A stretch of 64,000 nucleotides of DNA from the NCBI GenBank assembly GCA_963664225.1, contig OY760937.1, positions 5,664,001 to 5,728,000 on the forward strand. The letters run 5' to 3'. The notes beneath the pieces were generated by a model that was not told the origin of the DNA, did no database searches, and worked only from the letters and a program-made list of their open reading frames with translations. Below are positions 37,711-46,633 of the stretch, one piece after another. Position 1 is the first letter of the stretch. Each line of letters opens with the position of its first letter. Position numbers and translations under genes: made by a program. The DNA comes from Verrucomicrobiia bacterium. GTDB taxonomy: Bacteria; Verrucomicrobiota; Verrucomicrobiia; Limisphaerales; UBA1319.

Positions 37711-40700
37711 ATGTACCTGAAGAATTTAACGATTCTAGGATTTAAATCGTTTGCGGATAAAACAACCCTCAATTTTTTGCCGGGTATCACGGCGATTGTG
37801 GGGCCGAATGGCTGTGGCAAGTCCAACGTGGCCGACTGCATTCGGTGGGTCGTGGGCGAGCAATCTGCCAAGGCCTTGCGTGGAGGTGAGATGGCGGACG
37901 TGATTTTCAACGGGGCCGATTCCCGAAAACCGCTCGCCATGGCAGAGGTGTCGTTGACTATGAGCGACATCGACGAAGGCCAATTACGAGCCGCCGGTGT
38001 GGATGTTGCATTCGACGAGGTAACGGTGACACGCCGTGTATTCCGGGATGGTTCCAGCGAATACTTCATTAATAAAACACCGTGCCGGCTCAAGGACATT
38101 CAACAGCTATTCATGGGCACCGGTGTGGGGCGCGCCAGCTATAGCATCATGGCCCAAGGCCATATCACGCAGCTTTTGTCCAGCCGCCCGGAAGATCGCC
38201 GAATGGTGTTTGAGGAGGCCGCCGGGATCACGCGTTTCAAGACTCAAAAAAAGGAAGCGTTGCGGAAGCTGGAGAGCACAGAGCAGAATTTGCTGCGACT
38301 GACGGATTTGATTCGCGAGGTCAAGCGGCAGATTGGCTCGCTACAGCGCCAGGCGGGCAAGGCGCGTCGCTACAAACAATTCATGGTGGAGCTTCAGCAT
38401 TTGGACTGCCAGTTGGCGCGACATCAGTTCGACGTTTTCCAGATGGAGATCAAAGACCGCCAGACCAGCGCCGAGAAGCTGCGCATTGAGATGGAGGTTT
38501 GTTCTGAAAGCATGCTGCGCGAGGAGGACGAGATTGGGCGCTTGCGCACGCGAATGATGGAATTGGAGCAGGAGATCAGCGCCTCCCAGCAGCAGGGGCT
38601 TGAGCTAAAGGGGCGGGCGGACCAGCACGAAAGCCGAATCCATTTCAACGAGCAGCGCTTGCAGGAATTGGAAAATCAGAACGCCAAAGCCCTGGGGGAT
38701 ATTGCTCAAGGCGAGGAGCGCCGACAGGTGGCGGAGCAGGAACTGGAGTCATTAAGGGAACGGTTCACAGCCTCGATGACGGGCCTGGAGCAACTGCGCG
38801 TTGCCATGCAGGAGAAACGCGACGCATTGCTGAAGATTGAAAACGGGCTGCGCGAGCGTCAGGAGACGTTGCGCAAGGCCCAGTCCGATGCCTTTAATCT
38901 GGCGCAACAGCTCACCAGGACACGCAATGAAATCAATGCGCTCGAAATGCAGAAGCAGGGCAATGCCGGACGCCTTGAAAAACTCTCCTCTGAAAAAGTC
39001 CAGTTGGAAGAGGAGCGCATCCGCTTGGAGGCGCGGTTGACGGAGTTTGCCACGAATGTCGAGGCGGAAAAAATAACCCTACAGGCCCGCCGTGGAACGG
39101 TCGAGGAACAACAGGCGCGCCTGCGCCAGATTCAGCCGGAACTGGCCCAAATCACAAGAACGCTGGATGAGGCTCTGCGTCAACAGGCGGGACTGCGTTC
39201 CCGCATGAACGTGCTGGAGCAGTTGCAGGCGGCGCACGAGGGATTCAGCGCCGGAACGATGGCGGCCTTGAAGCAGGCTCCGCACATGCTGGGGGTCCTG
39301 GTGGATAAAATCCGGGTGCCGGATAATTATATCGCACCCATCGAAGCCGCCCTTGGGCATTATCTGCAATTGGTGTTGACCGATCAGCCCGAAACCGCCC
39401 GCCAAATTCTGGCCGATCTGCGCGCCAATCGTAAAGGTCGCGCGAGCATCGCGTCACTGGCCCTCCAAGCGAAATCTGGTTTGCCGCAAGCGTCCGAAAT
39501 CGCAGTCGAAAATTCGGCGCCTGCAACTGCAATTGAGCAGAGCGGGGTAACCGCGTCTGAGGCGACGAGTTCGGTTGATGCCACTTCCACTGCGGCTACT
39601 CCCGAAGCCGGCGAGGCTGGGCCTATAGCCGCCACGCTCACCCTCCAGACGGAAATGAGCCTGGGCGGTGCACTGGCCGGAGTCTCGGCGCTCTCCGTGA
39701 TTGAAGCGGATGAGACGGTTAAAAACCTTTTGGAACGGTTGCTTGGAAGGACATTGATCGTGTCGGATCTGGCGACCGCCACAGAGGTCTGGCGCGCTCG
39801 GAATGGCGAATGGGATGTGGTGACCGCAGACGGGGAAATGCTCAGCCGGCATGGCGTCTATACAGGCGGGTCCGCAGGCCATGGGGAAAAATCCGCAGCT
39901 TCCATTTTGGGTCGCAAGAACCAGATCACTGAATTGGAAACCCAGTTGGCCCAATTGCAGGAACAGGTCAACACCATAAGCCGCAGCAAAGGCGCATTGC
40001 AAAGCGAACAAACCGAATTGCAGGCGAGCATGCAGCAGGCGCAAAGCGAACTGCGCGTTCAGGAGGTTGAGATCGCAACGCGCCAGGGCGAATTCAGGGC
40101 TCTTGAAAATGCCGCGCGTTTGTTGCATCAAAAAATCGACACGGTGGTCTATGAAATTCAGAGTCTGGCGGAACAGGCCCAGGAGAATCAGGCCAAACGC
40201 GAGGCGCTGGGGACACAGGCGGGTGCGTTGGAAATTCGTGACCAGGAATTGCAGCAGCAGGTGAATGAAGGCAACAGTGCCCTGGAGGAACTCCGCCAGC
40301 AACGGGACACAGCCAATGGCGCACTGACGGAAACCAAGATCACACTGGCAAGCGAGGAGCAACTTTCCAATTCGCTGCGTCATCAGGTTCAGTCGCAGGA
40401 GCAGCGCATTATCGAGCTATCCCATTTGGTCGATGTTCGTCGTGAAGAAATTGAATCGATTGTGGAACGGCGAGGCCAGTTGCAGTCAGAAATCCACGAA
40501 TCACATGTGCGCGTGGATTCCCTGCGGCAGGATCGTGAATTGGTCAACACCCGCACGGCTTCACTGATCGGTCAAAAACAGGAACTCGAGACCGATATTT
40601 CGCAACGCGACGCCAACTTGAAAGAGCGGCGGCGGCGGCTTGCCGATGTCCAGCAGCAGCGCGGGGTCATCGATGTCGAACTGGCCCAAAAAACGATGTC

Positions 40701-41769
40701 TGTTCAGAACCTCCGGGAGCGTATCCAGCAAAAATACCAGTTGAATCTGGAGGATGTCCGCAGCGAATGCATCACCATCACCATGGCCGAGGAAGGCGCG
40801 CCCAAAGTGGAAACACTCACGCCTGATGAAATGGCCAATCGCGGTCTGGCAACGGATTGGGAAGCCGTGGCCGGGCAGGTGGCGGCGCTCCAGAAACGCA
40901 TTGATGAAATCGGGCCGGTCAACCTGGTGGCCATCGAGGAATACGAAGAGACGGAACAGCGTTACCAATTTCTGACGACCCAGCATGACGATCTGGCCAA
41001 GGCGAAGGAACAACTGCTCGAGGTTATCAACCGCATCAACACACAGACGCGGGAGATGTTCACGGAAACCTTCAATAAGGTCCGGGCCAACTTCCAAGTC
41101 CTGTTCACCGAGATTTTTGGCGGTGGCAAAGCCGATCTCCAACTGACCAACGAGGGCGACGTTCTGGAAAGCGGCATTGACATCATGGCCCGACCACCGG
41201 GAAAACAACTCCGCAGCATCAGCCTCCTCTCCGGTGGCGAACAAACGATGACTGCGGTGGCGCTGTTGTTCGCCATTTACCAGGTCAAACCCAGTCCGTT
41301 CTGCGTGCTGGATGAGTTGGACGCGCCACTGGATGAATCGAACATCAACCGCTTTATCGGAGTTTTAATGCGGTTTGTGCAAAACTCCCAGTTCATCATC
41401 ATCACCCATAACAAACGGACGATCGGCACGGCGGATGCGATCTACGGTGTCACCATGCAGGAACACGGCGTGAGTAAAATGGTGAGTATGAAATTTCAAA
41501 AGAATACTGGGACGCCAGCCGCCAAGCCTGCCGCGGCGAATTCGGTTGTTGAGCCTCCGGTTTATGTTCCCAGTGGGGAGCTGCCGACTGTTTCGCGGTC
41601 AGGCGGAGATTATTCCGCAGCGGAACCGGTGGCATCCATGGAAGATGCGTCAGGGGCTGTTAACAAAGTGACGCAAGGTAATGGACGCAGTGCGTCCCTG
41701 GCGCAAAAAGCCGGGGGTTCCGTAACTGCCAGCCCGCAGGATTCCATGGAGATGGCCATCGCTAAATAA
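37711..41769 (+). CDS. smc: Chromosome segregation protein SMC
   Basis: 'GFKSFAD', Walker A 'GPNGCGKSN', 'FEEAAG', coiled coils, hinge, 'LLSGGE', 'LDELDAPLD', 'IITHNK'. Confidence 0.97.
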   Translation: MYLKNLTILGFKSFADKTTLNFLPGITAIVGPNGCGKSNVADCIRWVVGEQSAKALRGGEMADVIFNGADSRKPLAMAEVSLTMSDIDEGQLRAAGVDVAFDEVTVTRRVFRDGSSEYFINKTPCRLKDIQQLFMGTGVGRASYSIMAQGHITQLLSSRPEDRRMVFEEAAGITRFKTQKKEALRKLESTEQNLLRLTDLIREVKRQIGSLQRQAGKARRYKQFMVELQHLDCQLARHQFDVFQMEIKDRQTSAEKLRIEMEVCSESMLREEDEIGRLRTRMMELEQEISASQQQGLELKGRADQHESRIHFNEQRLQELENQNAKALGDIAQGEERRQVAEQELESLRERFTASMTGLEQLRVAMQEKRDALLKIENGLRERQETLRKAQSDAFNLAQQLTRTRNEINALEMQKQGNAGRLEKLSSEKVQLEEERIRLEARLTEFATNVEAEKITLQARRGTVEEQQARLRQIQPELAQITRTLDEALRQQAGLRSRMNVLEQLQAAHEGFSAGTMAALKQAPHMLGVLVDKIRVPDNYIAPIEAALGHYLQLVLTDQPETARQILADLRANRKGRASIASLALQAKSGLPQASEIAVENSAPATAIEQSGVTASEATSSVDATSTAATPEAGEAGPIAATLTLQTEMSLGGALAGVSALSVIEADETVKNLLERLLGRTLIVSDLATATEVWRARNGEWDVVTADGEMLSRHGVYTGGSAGHGEKSAASILGRKNQITELETQLAQLQEQVNTISRSKGALQSEQTELQASMQQAQSELRVQEVEIATRQGEFRALENAARLLHQKIDTVVYEIQSLAEQAQENQAKREALGTQAGALEIRDQELQQQVNEGNSALEELRQQRDTANGALTETKITLASEEQLSNSLRHQVQSQEQRIIELSHLVDVRREEIESIVERRGQLQSEIHESHVRVDSLRQDRELVNTRTASLIGQKQELETDISQRDANLKERRRRLADVQQQRGVIDVELAQKTMSVQNLRERIQQKYQLNLEDVRSECITITMAEEGAPKVETLTPDEMANRGLATDWEAVAGQVAALQKRIDEIGPVNLVAIEEYEETEQRYQFLTTQHDDLAKAKEQLLEVINRINTQTREMFTETFNKVRANFQVLFTEIFGGGKADLQLTNEGDVLESGIDIMARPPGKQLRSISLLSGGEQTMTAVALLFAIYQVKPSPFCVLDELDAPLDESNINRFIGVLMRFVQNSQFIIITHNKRTIGTADAIYGVTMQEHGVSKMVSMKFQKNTGTPAAKPAAANSVVEPPVYVPSGELPTVSRSGGDYSAAEPVASMEDASGAVNKVTQGNGRSASLAQKAGGSVTASPQDSMEMAIAK

Positions 41770-41795
41770 GACGACCATTTGACAGGAGGGCAAAC

Positions 41796-41823
41796 CACCG
41801 CCCGGGGATGGCCTCGGGCGGTG
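41796..41823. terminator. GC-rich hairpin between convergent smc and GH172 genes
   Basis: caccgcccgggg-atgg-cctcgggcggtg; U-tract is weak. Confidence 0.5.
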
Positions 41824-41838
41824 ATGAATATTCTATTC

Positions 41839-43857
41839 CTATTGGATTGGCGACAGCAGCACGTAATCGACGCCGGCCATGTAGGCTTGAACCGCCTTGG
41901 GATTTGCGCCGGTGATTTCCAGTGTCAGGTTGTGCTCGCCAGCGGTCAATTGGTGCGCGCCCATGTCCAGTGCGCCGGTGGGAACGACCGATGCATCATA
42001 GAGATCGACAGGATTACCAAGTTTTTCACCGTCCAAGTGGAGCTGAACGACTCCGTAATCGCCGGCCTTGGTCATCTGCAATTTCAATTGGTAGCGGCCC
42101 GTTTTGGAGACAGGCAAAGCGAGGCTGAGTTTGTTTCCAGGCTTTCCGTTCGTCCACCACAAGTGCGCGTTTTGACTCCATTGTCCCTCGTATTGGTCGG
42201 TAGCCTGCTCCTGGGTCTGACCACCAGTGCATCCGAGGATTTTCATGCGTTCGCCTTCAATGGCGCCTGCGACCGCATAATTGGTGATGTCCGTCCAATA
42301 CCCAACACGCTCCGACATGGGCCTGGCCATATAGGGATCAGTGCCGCCGGGGGCCAGATACCAATAAACCGTGCTGGCATAAAGAGTGGGTCGGGTGTTT
42401 GGGTAATACTTTTCGATGTCGCCTTCGAAGGAGGTATGGAACGGAATGTTATCTGTGATGTGCCACCGGTTTACGGAAACATGGCCCTTATTGTTCATCG
42501 AGATGGTTTGGTTATGATAGGCATTCTCGAACAAAGTGGGATTGCACCAGGCGTAGCCAAAGTAATCCTCTGATCCGGTGCCAATGGTGGACGGGAATTT
42601 CTCCCCATCGACAAAGAATTTCTCGTCGCCCTCGCCCCACCAACCGCCTTTGGGATTCCAAACATGCAGCATCACTCCGCAGAACCGTCCCGAGCCTTTG
42701 GTTTGAAGCATGGTCCAGTCAATCTGCCTTGCCGGGTCCGCTGGCAGGAGAGCGTCCCTATGCCATTTGGCGTGGAAACGGGCCATGTTCGCAGGATTGC
42801 CAGAAATCGGGGCGTGGGTGATTTCAAAAGTGATCTCCCGGTCCTCGGTGCCATCGTTTGCGAATTGCAGCTCGGCTTCTTTGGCAAACGGCATGTACCA
42901 ATAAGAATACCACCAACCGTCAGCGCTCAGACCCAGGGGGAGAGACTGGTAAACATGGGCTCCCGCAGCAGTGCCGAAGAAGTCGCCGAACGGTGCCCAT
43001 ACGCTGGGATACGGCTCGTCATCCCAGCGAATGCGAATGGACAATTCGCGCAAGGCGTTTTTGTCATTGCTGGAGGGAGGTAATTTGACCTTTGCGCGAA
43101 TTCCGGTGATCGCTCTTTGCCCGTGCAGGTTGATGGTGGTTTTGGCTCCTCCCGCAAGAGTCAGGCTCTTGGAAACCGTGTCGGCATCGGCTCGTGGCCC
43201 GGCGGGATCGCTTCCAGGATGCACAAGAATGTCATTTGCACGATCCAGAGCGCCGAGTTCGCCGCTCGATAATGTGCGTTTAAAAGTGGGGACGACAGTG
43301 CCTGGAGGAAACGTTCCATAGGTGAATTGGAAATACTGGCCCCAATTTTTATCCGCCACCACCTTGCAGGATTTTTGAAACGGGATTGGAGTGTAATTAT
43401 TCCAGCCCATCGCCACTGTGTGAACCAGCGCCGACCGCGTAAACGGTTCGTTTTTCCCATCGAAATAGCCGATGAAGGGTAAATCGACTGCTGGCTCGGT
43501 CGCCCCATCGAGATATATCCGAACATGACCATCCTTGGGCGCCGCCGACCAGATCCGCCAGATGCAACCCGGACCTTCCATCTCGGCCATTACGATTTGA
43601 TCGCCTTCCTTGCGAATGTAACCATCCCCGTCGCCATTGGCATCCCAAGCCACATACTTGTCAGTTGCTTTGTCATATCGGCTGGCTCGGTCATAGCTGG
43701 ACCATTGCTGACAGTTCTCGCCGGGTCCGGGAAGGGTGGCGAGGCGCTCCATGCTGGTCAGTCGGCCAACCAGGTCCTGGTAAGTCAAGATTTGCTCTGA
43801 CGCCAGCGCGGATGCGCCAAGGAGTCCCAAAGTGAGAATGGAACAAAAGGTTTTCAT
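41839..43857 (-). CDS. Secreted DUF2961/GH172-family glycoside hydrolase with extra domains
   Basis: Signal peptide; 'GPGCIWRIW', 'PFGDFFG', 'YWYMPF', 'WWGEGDEKFFVDGE', 'GTGSEDYF', 'RWHITDNIPF'; C-terminal CBM-like beta domain. Confidence 0.85.
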   Translation of the reverse strand: MKTFCSILTLGLLGASALASEQILTYQDLVGRLTSMERLATLPGPGENCQQWSSYDRASRYDKATDKYVAWDANGDGDGYIRKEGDQIVMAEMEGPGCIWRIWSAAPKDGHVRIYLDGATEPAVDLPFIGYFDGKNEPFTRSALVHTVAMGWNNYTPIPFQKSCKVVADKNWGQYFQFTYGTFPPGTVVPTFKRTLSSGELGALDRANDILVHPGSDPAGPRADADTVSKSLTLAGGAKTTINLHGQRAITGIRAKVKLPPSSNDKNALRELSIRIRWDDEPYPSVWAPFGDFFGTAAGAHVYQSLPLGLSADGWWYSYWYMPFAKEAELQFANDGTEDREITFEITHAPISGNPANMARFHAKWHRDALLPADPARQIDWTMLQTKGSGRFCGVMLHVWNPKGGWWGEGDEKFFVDGEKFPSTIGTGSEDYFGYAWCNPTLFENAYHNQTISMNNKGHVSVNRWHITDNIPFHTSFEGDIEKYYPNTRPTLYASTVYWYLAPGGTDPYMARPMSERVGYWTDITNYAVAGAIEGERMKILGCTGGQTQEQATDQYEGQWSQNAHLWWTNGKPGNKLSLALPVSKTGRYQLKLQMTKAGDYGVVQLHLDGEKLGNPVDLYDASVVPTGALDMGAHQLTAGEHNLTLEITGANPKAVQAYMAGVDYVLLSPIQ

Positions 43858-43872
43858 AGGGTATATGGTTGA

Positions 43873-43900
43873 AGATTATTCGGCCGCACGATTCTGTCAA
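43873..43900 (-). promoter_or_regulatory. Candidate sigma70 promoter for the GH172 gene
   Basis: Minus strand TTGACA-16 bp-TAATCT just upstream of the ATG at 43857. Confidence 0.4.
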
Positions 43901-43996
43901 TAGAATGCTGCACCCACAAAACGATCGGAACCGTGCCCCTGCGAAAGCTTGACGTGGGAACCGATGCGAAAAACAACTGAAAATTGATAACGAGGA

Positions 43997-44086
43997 TGGC
44001 GGAAGGGACAGGAATCGAACCTGCGGTAGGGTTGCCCCTACTCCTGATTTCGAGTCAGGCGCCTTAGACCACTCAGCCACCCTTCC
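43997..44086 (-). tRNA. tRNA-Ser (CGA)
   Basis: Minus strand GGAAGGG...CCCTTCC-G-CCA acceptor stem; anticodon arm CCTGA-CTCGAAA-TCAGG; long variable arm GTAGGG-GCAA-CCCTAC; T-loop GGTTCGATTCC. Confidence 0.97.
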
Positions 44087-44441
44087 CGCCGTTTATTATC
44101 AATGACTTGCTACAGTCCGAATAATGTTCCATCGGCAAATTGACATTGCTTTTTGATGCCGTTTGCCTGACATCAGGCAAAGCAGAAGAAAAGGCTGGTT
44201 GGGCCATGACTTCCTACGCCAATCCGACTCGATAGCGACCGTCGTGCAAGTATTTCGCATGTCTTCGGGTCCGGGGCAAGCTCATAGTGCAATCCTTGAA
44301 AACTAATGTGATGGCTGCCCCCAATCTTCGGTCGTCGATTCAAAGACGGCTCTGCGTTAAAAGTTTGCAGAAACCAAGTGTCTCCTGTGAATCTTCCGAA
44401 CATTTAGTGTATTGGGAAATCTCGACTGCTGCCTCAAAATT

Positions 44442-44490
44442 AAAAAGAAAACCGGCCGGAGTCCTGGTGTTGCCATGGACTCGGACCGGT
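44442..44490 (-). terminator. Intrinsic terminator downstream of typA
   Basis: Long imperfect hairpin accggccggagtcctgg...ccatggactcggaccggt with adjacent aaaaagaaa (U-tract on the minus strand). Confidence 0.6.
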
Positions 44491-44536
44491 TTGAATAGAC
44501 TGAATTGGGATTCCCGCTGGAATCCGCAATGCAAGC

Positions 44537-46366
44537 TTAGTGCTGCTCCACTTTAATGTTCCGAATTTGGGATGCGCGCTTGCGCATGGTTTCATTAAGA
44601 AGTTTTTTGCGTAGGCGAAGATTATGGGGGGTGGCCTCCACATATTCGTCCCCTCCGATGTACTCCAGCGAGCGTTCCAAAGATAATTTAAGCGGAGGCT
44701 CGAGCTGGATTCCTTTGCCATCTCCGGTGGAGCGCATGTTGCTCAGTTTCTTTGCCTTGCATGGATTGACAGGGATATCGCCTTCACGCGGGTTTTCGCC
44801 CACGATCATTCCACTATAAATTTCATCGCCCGGCTCGACCATGAGCCGTCCGCGCTCTTGAATGGCGTTGAGCGCGTAGGATGTGGCCACGCCGTTTTCC
44901 ATGCTGACCAGGGAGCCTGTTTTGCGGGATATGACTTCTCCGCGATCAGCTCCGTAGCTGTTGAATAAATGGCTCATGACACCCATGCCGCGAGTCATAT
45001 TCACCAGGTCGGTTTCAAAGCCAATCAAACCACGGGTCGGGATGAGCGCCTCGATGCTGATCTGATCAGCATGATGTGCCATATGGCTGATTTCCGCTTT
45101 GCGGTTGGAAAGGTTTTCAAGCACCGATCCCATCGCGTCTTTTGGAATTTCCAGGAACAGGTTTTCAAGGGGTTCCAGCAGGTTTCCCTGCTCATCGCGA
45201 TGGTAAATGACCTCCGGACGGGAAACGAGAACTTCGTAGCCTTCGCGCCGCATTTGCTCCACCAAAATGGCGATTTGCATTTCACCACGACCGCTGACTT
45301 CAAAGATGTTTGGCGCATCGGTCTGGGCTATTTTGATGCTGATGTTCGTGCGGATTTCCTTTTGGAGCCGCTCCCAGATATGACGCGCGGTGACCAGTTT
45401 TCCGTCCTTGCCACCCAGAGGGCCGTCGTTGACGGCAAATTCCATGTGAATGGTGGGCGGGTCGATTGGTTGGAAGGGCAGAGGGATTCGCTCCGGAGTA
45501 TCGGTCACAGTTTCACCGATGAAGACGTCATCAAAACCCGATAATCCGATGATGTCACCGGCGCCGGCGGATTGGATTTCGATACGTTGAAGCCCGTCGA
45601 AATGAAAAATGGCGGTGACCTTGCCGGTATCTTTCCGTCCGTCGCCGTGCAAACAGGCTACAGAGTCTCCCACGGCGACTTTGCCGCCGAGAATTTTGCC
45701 CAGGGCGATGCGTCCCAAATAGTCCGAGTAATCCAGGTTGGAGACCAGCAACTTAAATTCGCTGTCCGGGTCCGCCTTTGGCGGAGGGATTTGATTGATA
45801 ATGGCATCAAACAAAGGCTGAATGGTTTTGCTGGGATGCTTCAGATCGGCGGTGGCAAAACCCTCTTTGGCACTGGCGTAAATGACTGGAAAATCCAATT
45901 GGACGTCCGTGGCATTAAGGGACATGAACAATTCAAAAACCTGGTCGAGCACCTTGTGGGGGGTGGCATTTTCGCGATCAATCTTGTTGATGACCACGAT
46001 CGGCTTGGCACCCGCTTCCAGTGCCTTACGCAGGACGAATCGCGTCTGGGCCTGCGGACCGTCCACGGCATCCACAACCAAGAGAACGCCGTCGATCATG
46101 TTCAGGGCGCGTTCCACTTCACCACCGAAATCCGCATGTCCCGGGGTGTCCACAATGTTGATGTGGTAATCTTTGTATTTAAAGGCGGCGTTTTTGGCGC
46201 GGATGGTAATGCCTTTTTCGCGTTCAAGGTCCATGGAATCCATCATGCGCTCCTCTGTGGCCTGGTTGGCGCGAAAAGTTCCAGACTGTTTCATTAAACA
46301 GTCAACCAACGTGGTTTTACCGTGGTCCACGTGAGCAATGATGGCAATGTTTCGAATATGCAGCAT
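44537..46366 (-). CDS. typA: Translational GTPase TypA/BipA
   Basis: 'IRNIAIIAHVDHGKTT', 'ERE.GITI', 'DTPGHADFGGEVER', 'NKID', 'GRGEMQ', 'K.LSNMRS', 'EYVEATP'. Start at ATG 46366. Confidence 0.97.
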   Translation of the reverse strand: MLHIRNIAIIAHVDHGKTTLVDCLMKQSGTFRANQATEERMMDSMDLEREKGITIRAKNAAFKYKDYHINIVDTPGHADFGGEVERALNMIDGVLLVVDAVDGPQAQTRFVLRKALEAGAKPIVVINKIDRENATPHKVLDQVFELFMSLNATDVQLDFPVIYASAKEGFATADLKHPSKTIQPLFDAIINQIPPPKADPDSEFKLLVSNLDYSDYLGRIALGKILGGKVAVGDSVACLHGDGRKDTGKVTAIFHFDGLQRIEIQSAGAGDIIGLSGFDDVFIGETVTDTPERIPLPFQPIDPPTIHMEFAVNDGPLGGKDGKLVTARHIWERLQKEIRTNISIKIAQTDAPNIFEVSGRGEMQIAILVEQMRREGYEVLVSRPEVIYHRDEQGNLLEPLENLFLEIPKDAMGSVLENLSNRKAEISHMAHHADQISIEALIPTRGLIGFETDLVNMTRGMGVMSHLFNSYGADRGEVISRKTGSLVSMENGVATSYALNAIQERGRLMVEPGDEIYSGMIVGENPREGDIPVNPCKAKKLSNMRSTGDGKGIQLEPPLKLSLERSLEYIGGDEYVEATPHNLRLRKKLLNETMRKRASQIRNIKVEQH

Positions 46367-46516
46367 ACAAATATCTCTCAATCGAGCCAGACATCTTGTT
46401 CAAATATAAATTATAAAGCAAGTTTTTGCGGAAAAAATCGGATGTCGCTTCAAAAAAAGGCTAAAATGAGGCAGATTTGTCCATTCCAAGCCATGGGTTT
46501 CTGCTCATGGATCAGC

Positions 46517-46557
46517 AAAAAGAGGCAACGATGAGAGATTATCTCCGTTGCCTTTTT
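46517..46557. terminator. Intrinsic terminator downstream of the GH38-like gene
   Basis: aaaaagaggcaacg...cgttgccttttt inverted repeat. Confidence 0.65.
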
Positions 46558-46633
46558 GGCGAGATGGTGACCCGTTGAGAGTGGCTCAACGCTATATAGT
46601 GAAGTAAGTCATTGCGCAGGAATTGATTATCTA

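Noticed and set aside
43691..44080. 129-aa minus-strand ORF
   Set aside because: It is a translation through the tRNA-Ser gene and the start of the GH172 gene.
44100..46614. Inverted caatgactt/aagtcattg 9-mers flanking typA as element ends
   Set aside because: Only 9 bp, no target duplication or recombinase, and typA is a core gene.
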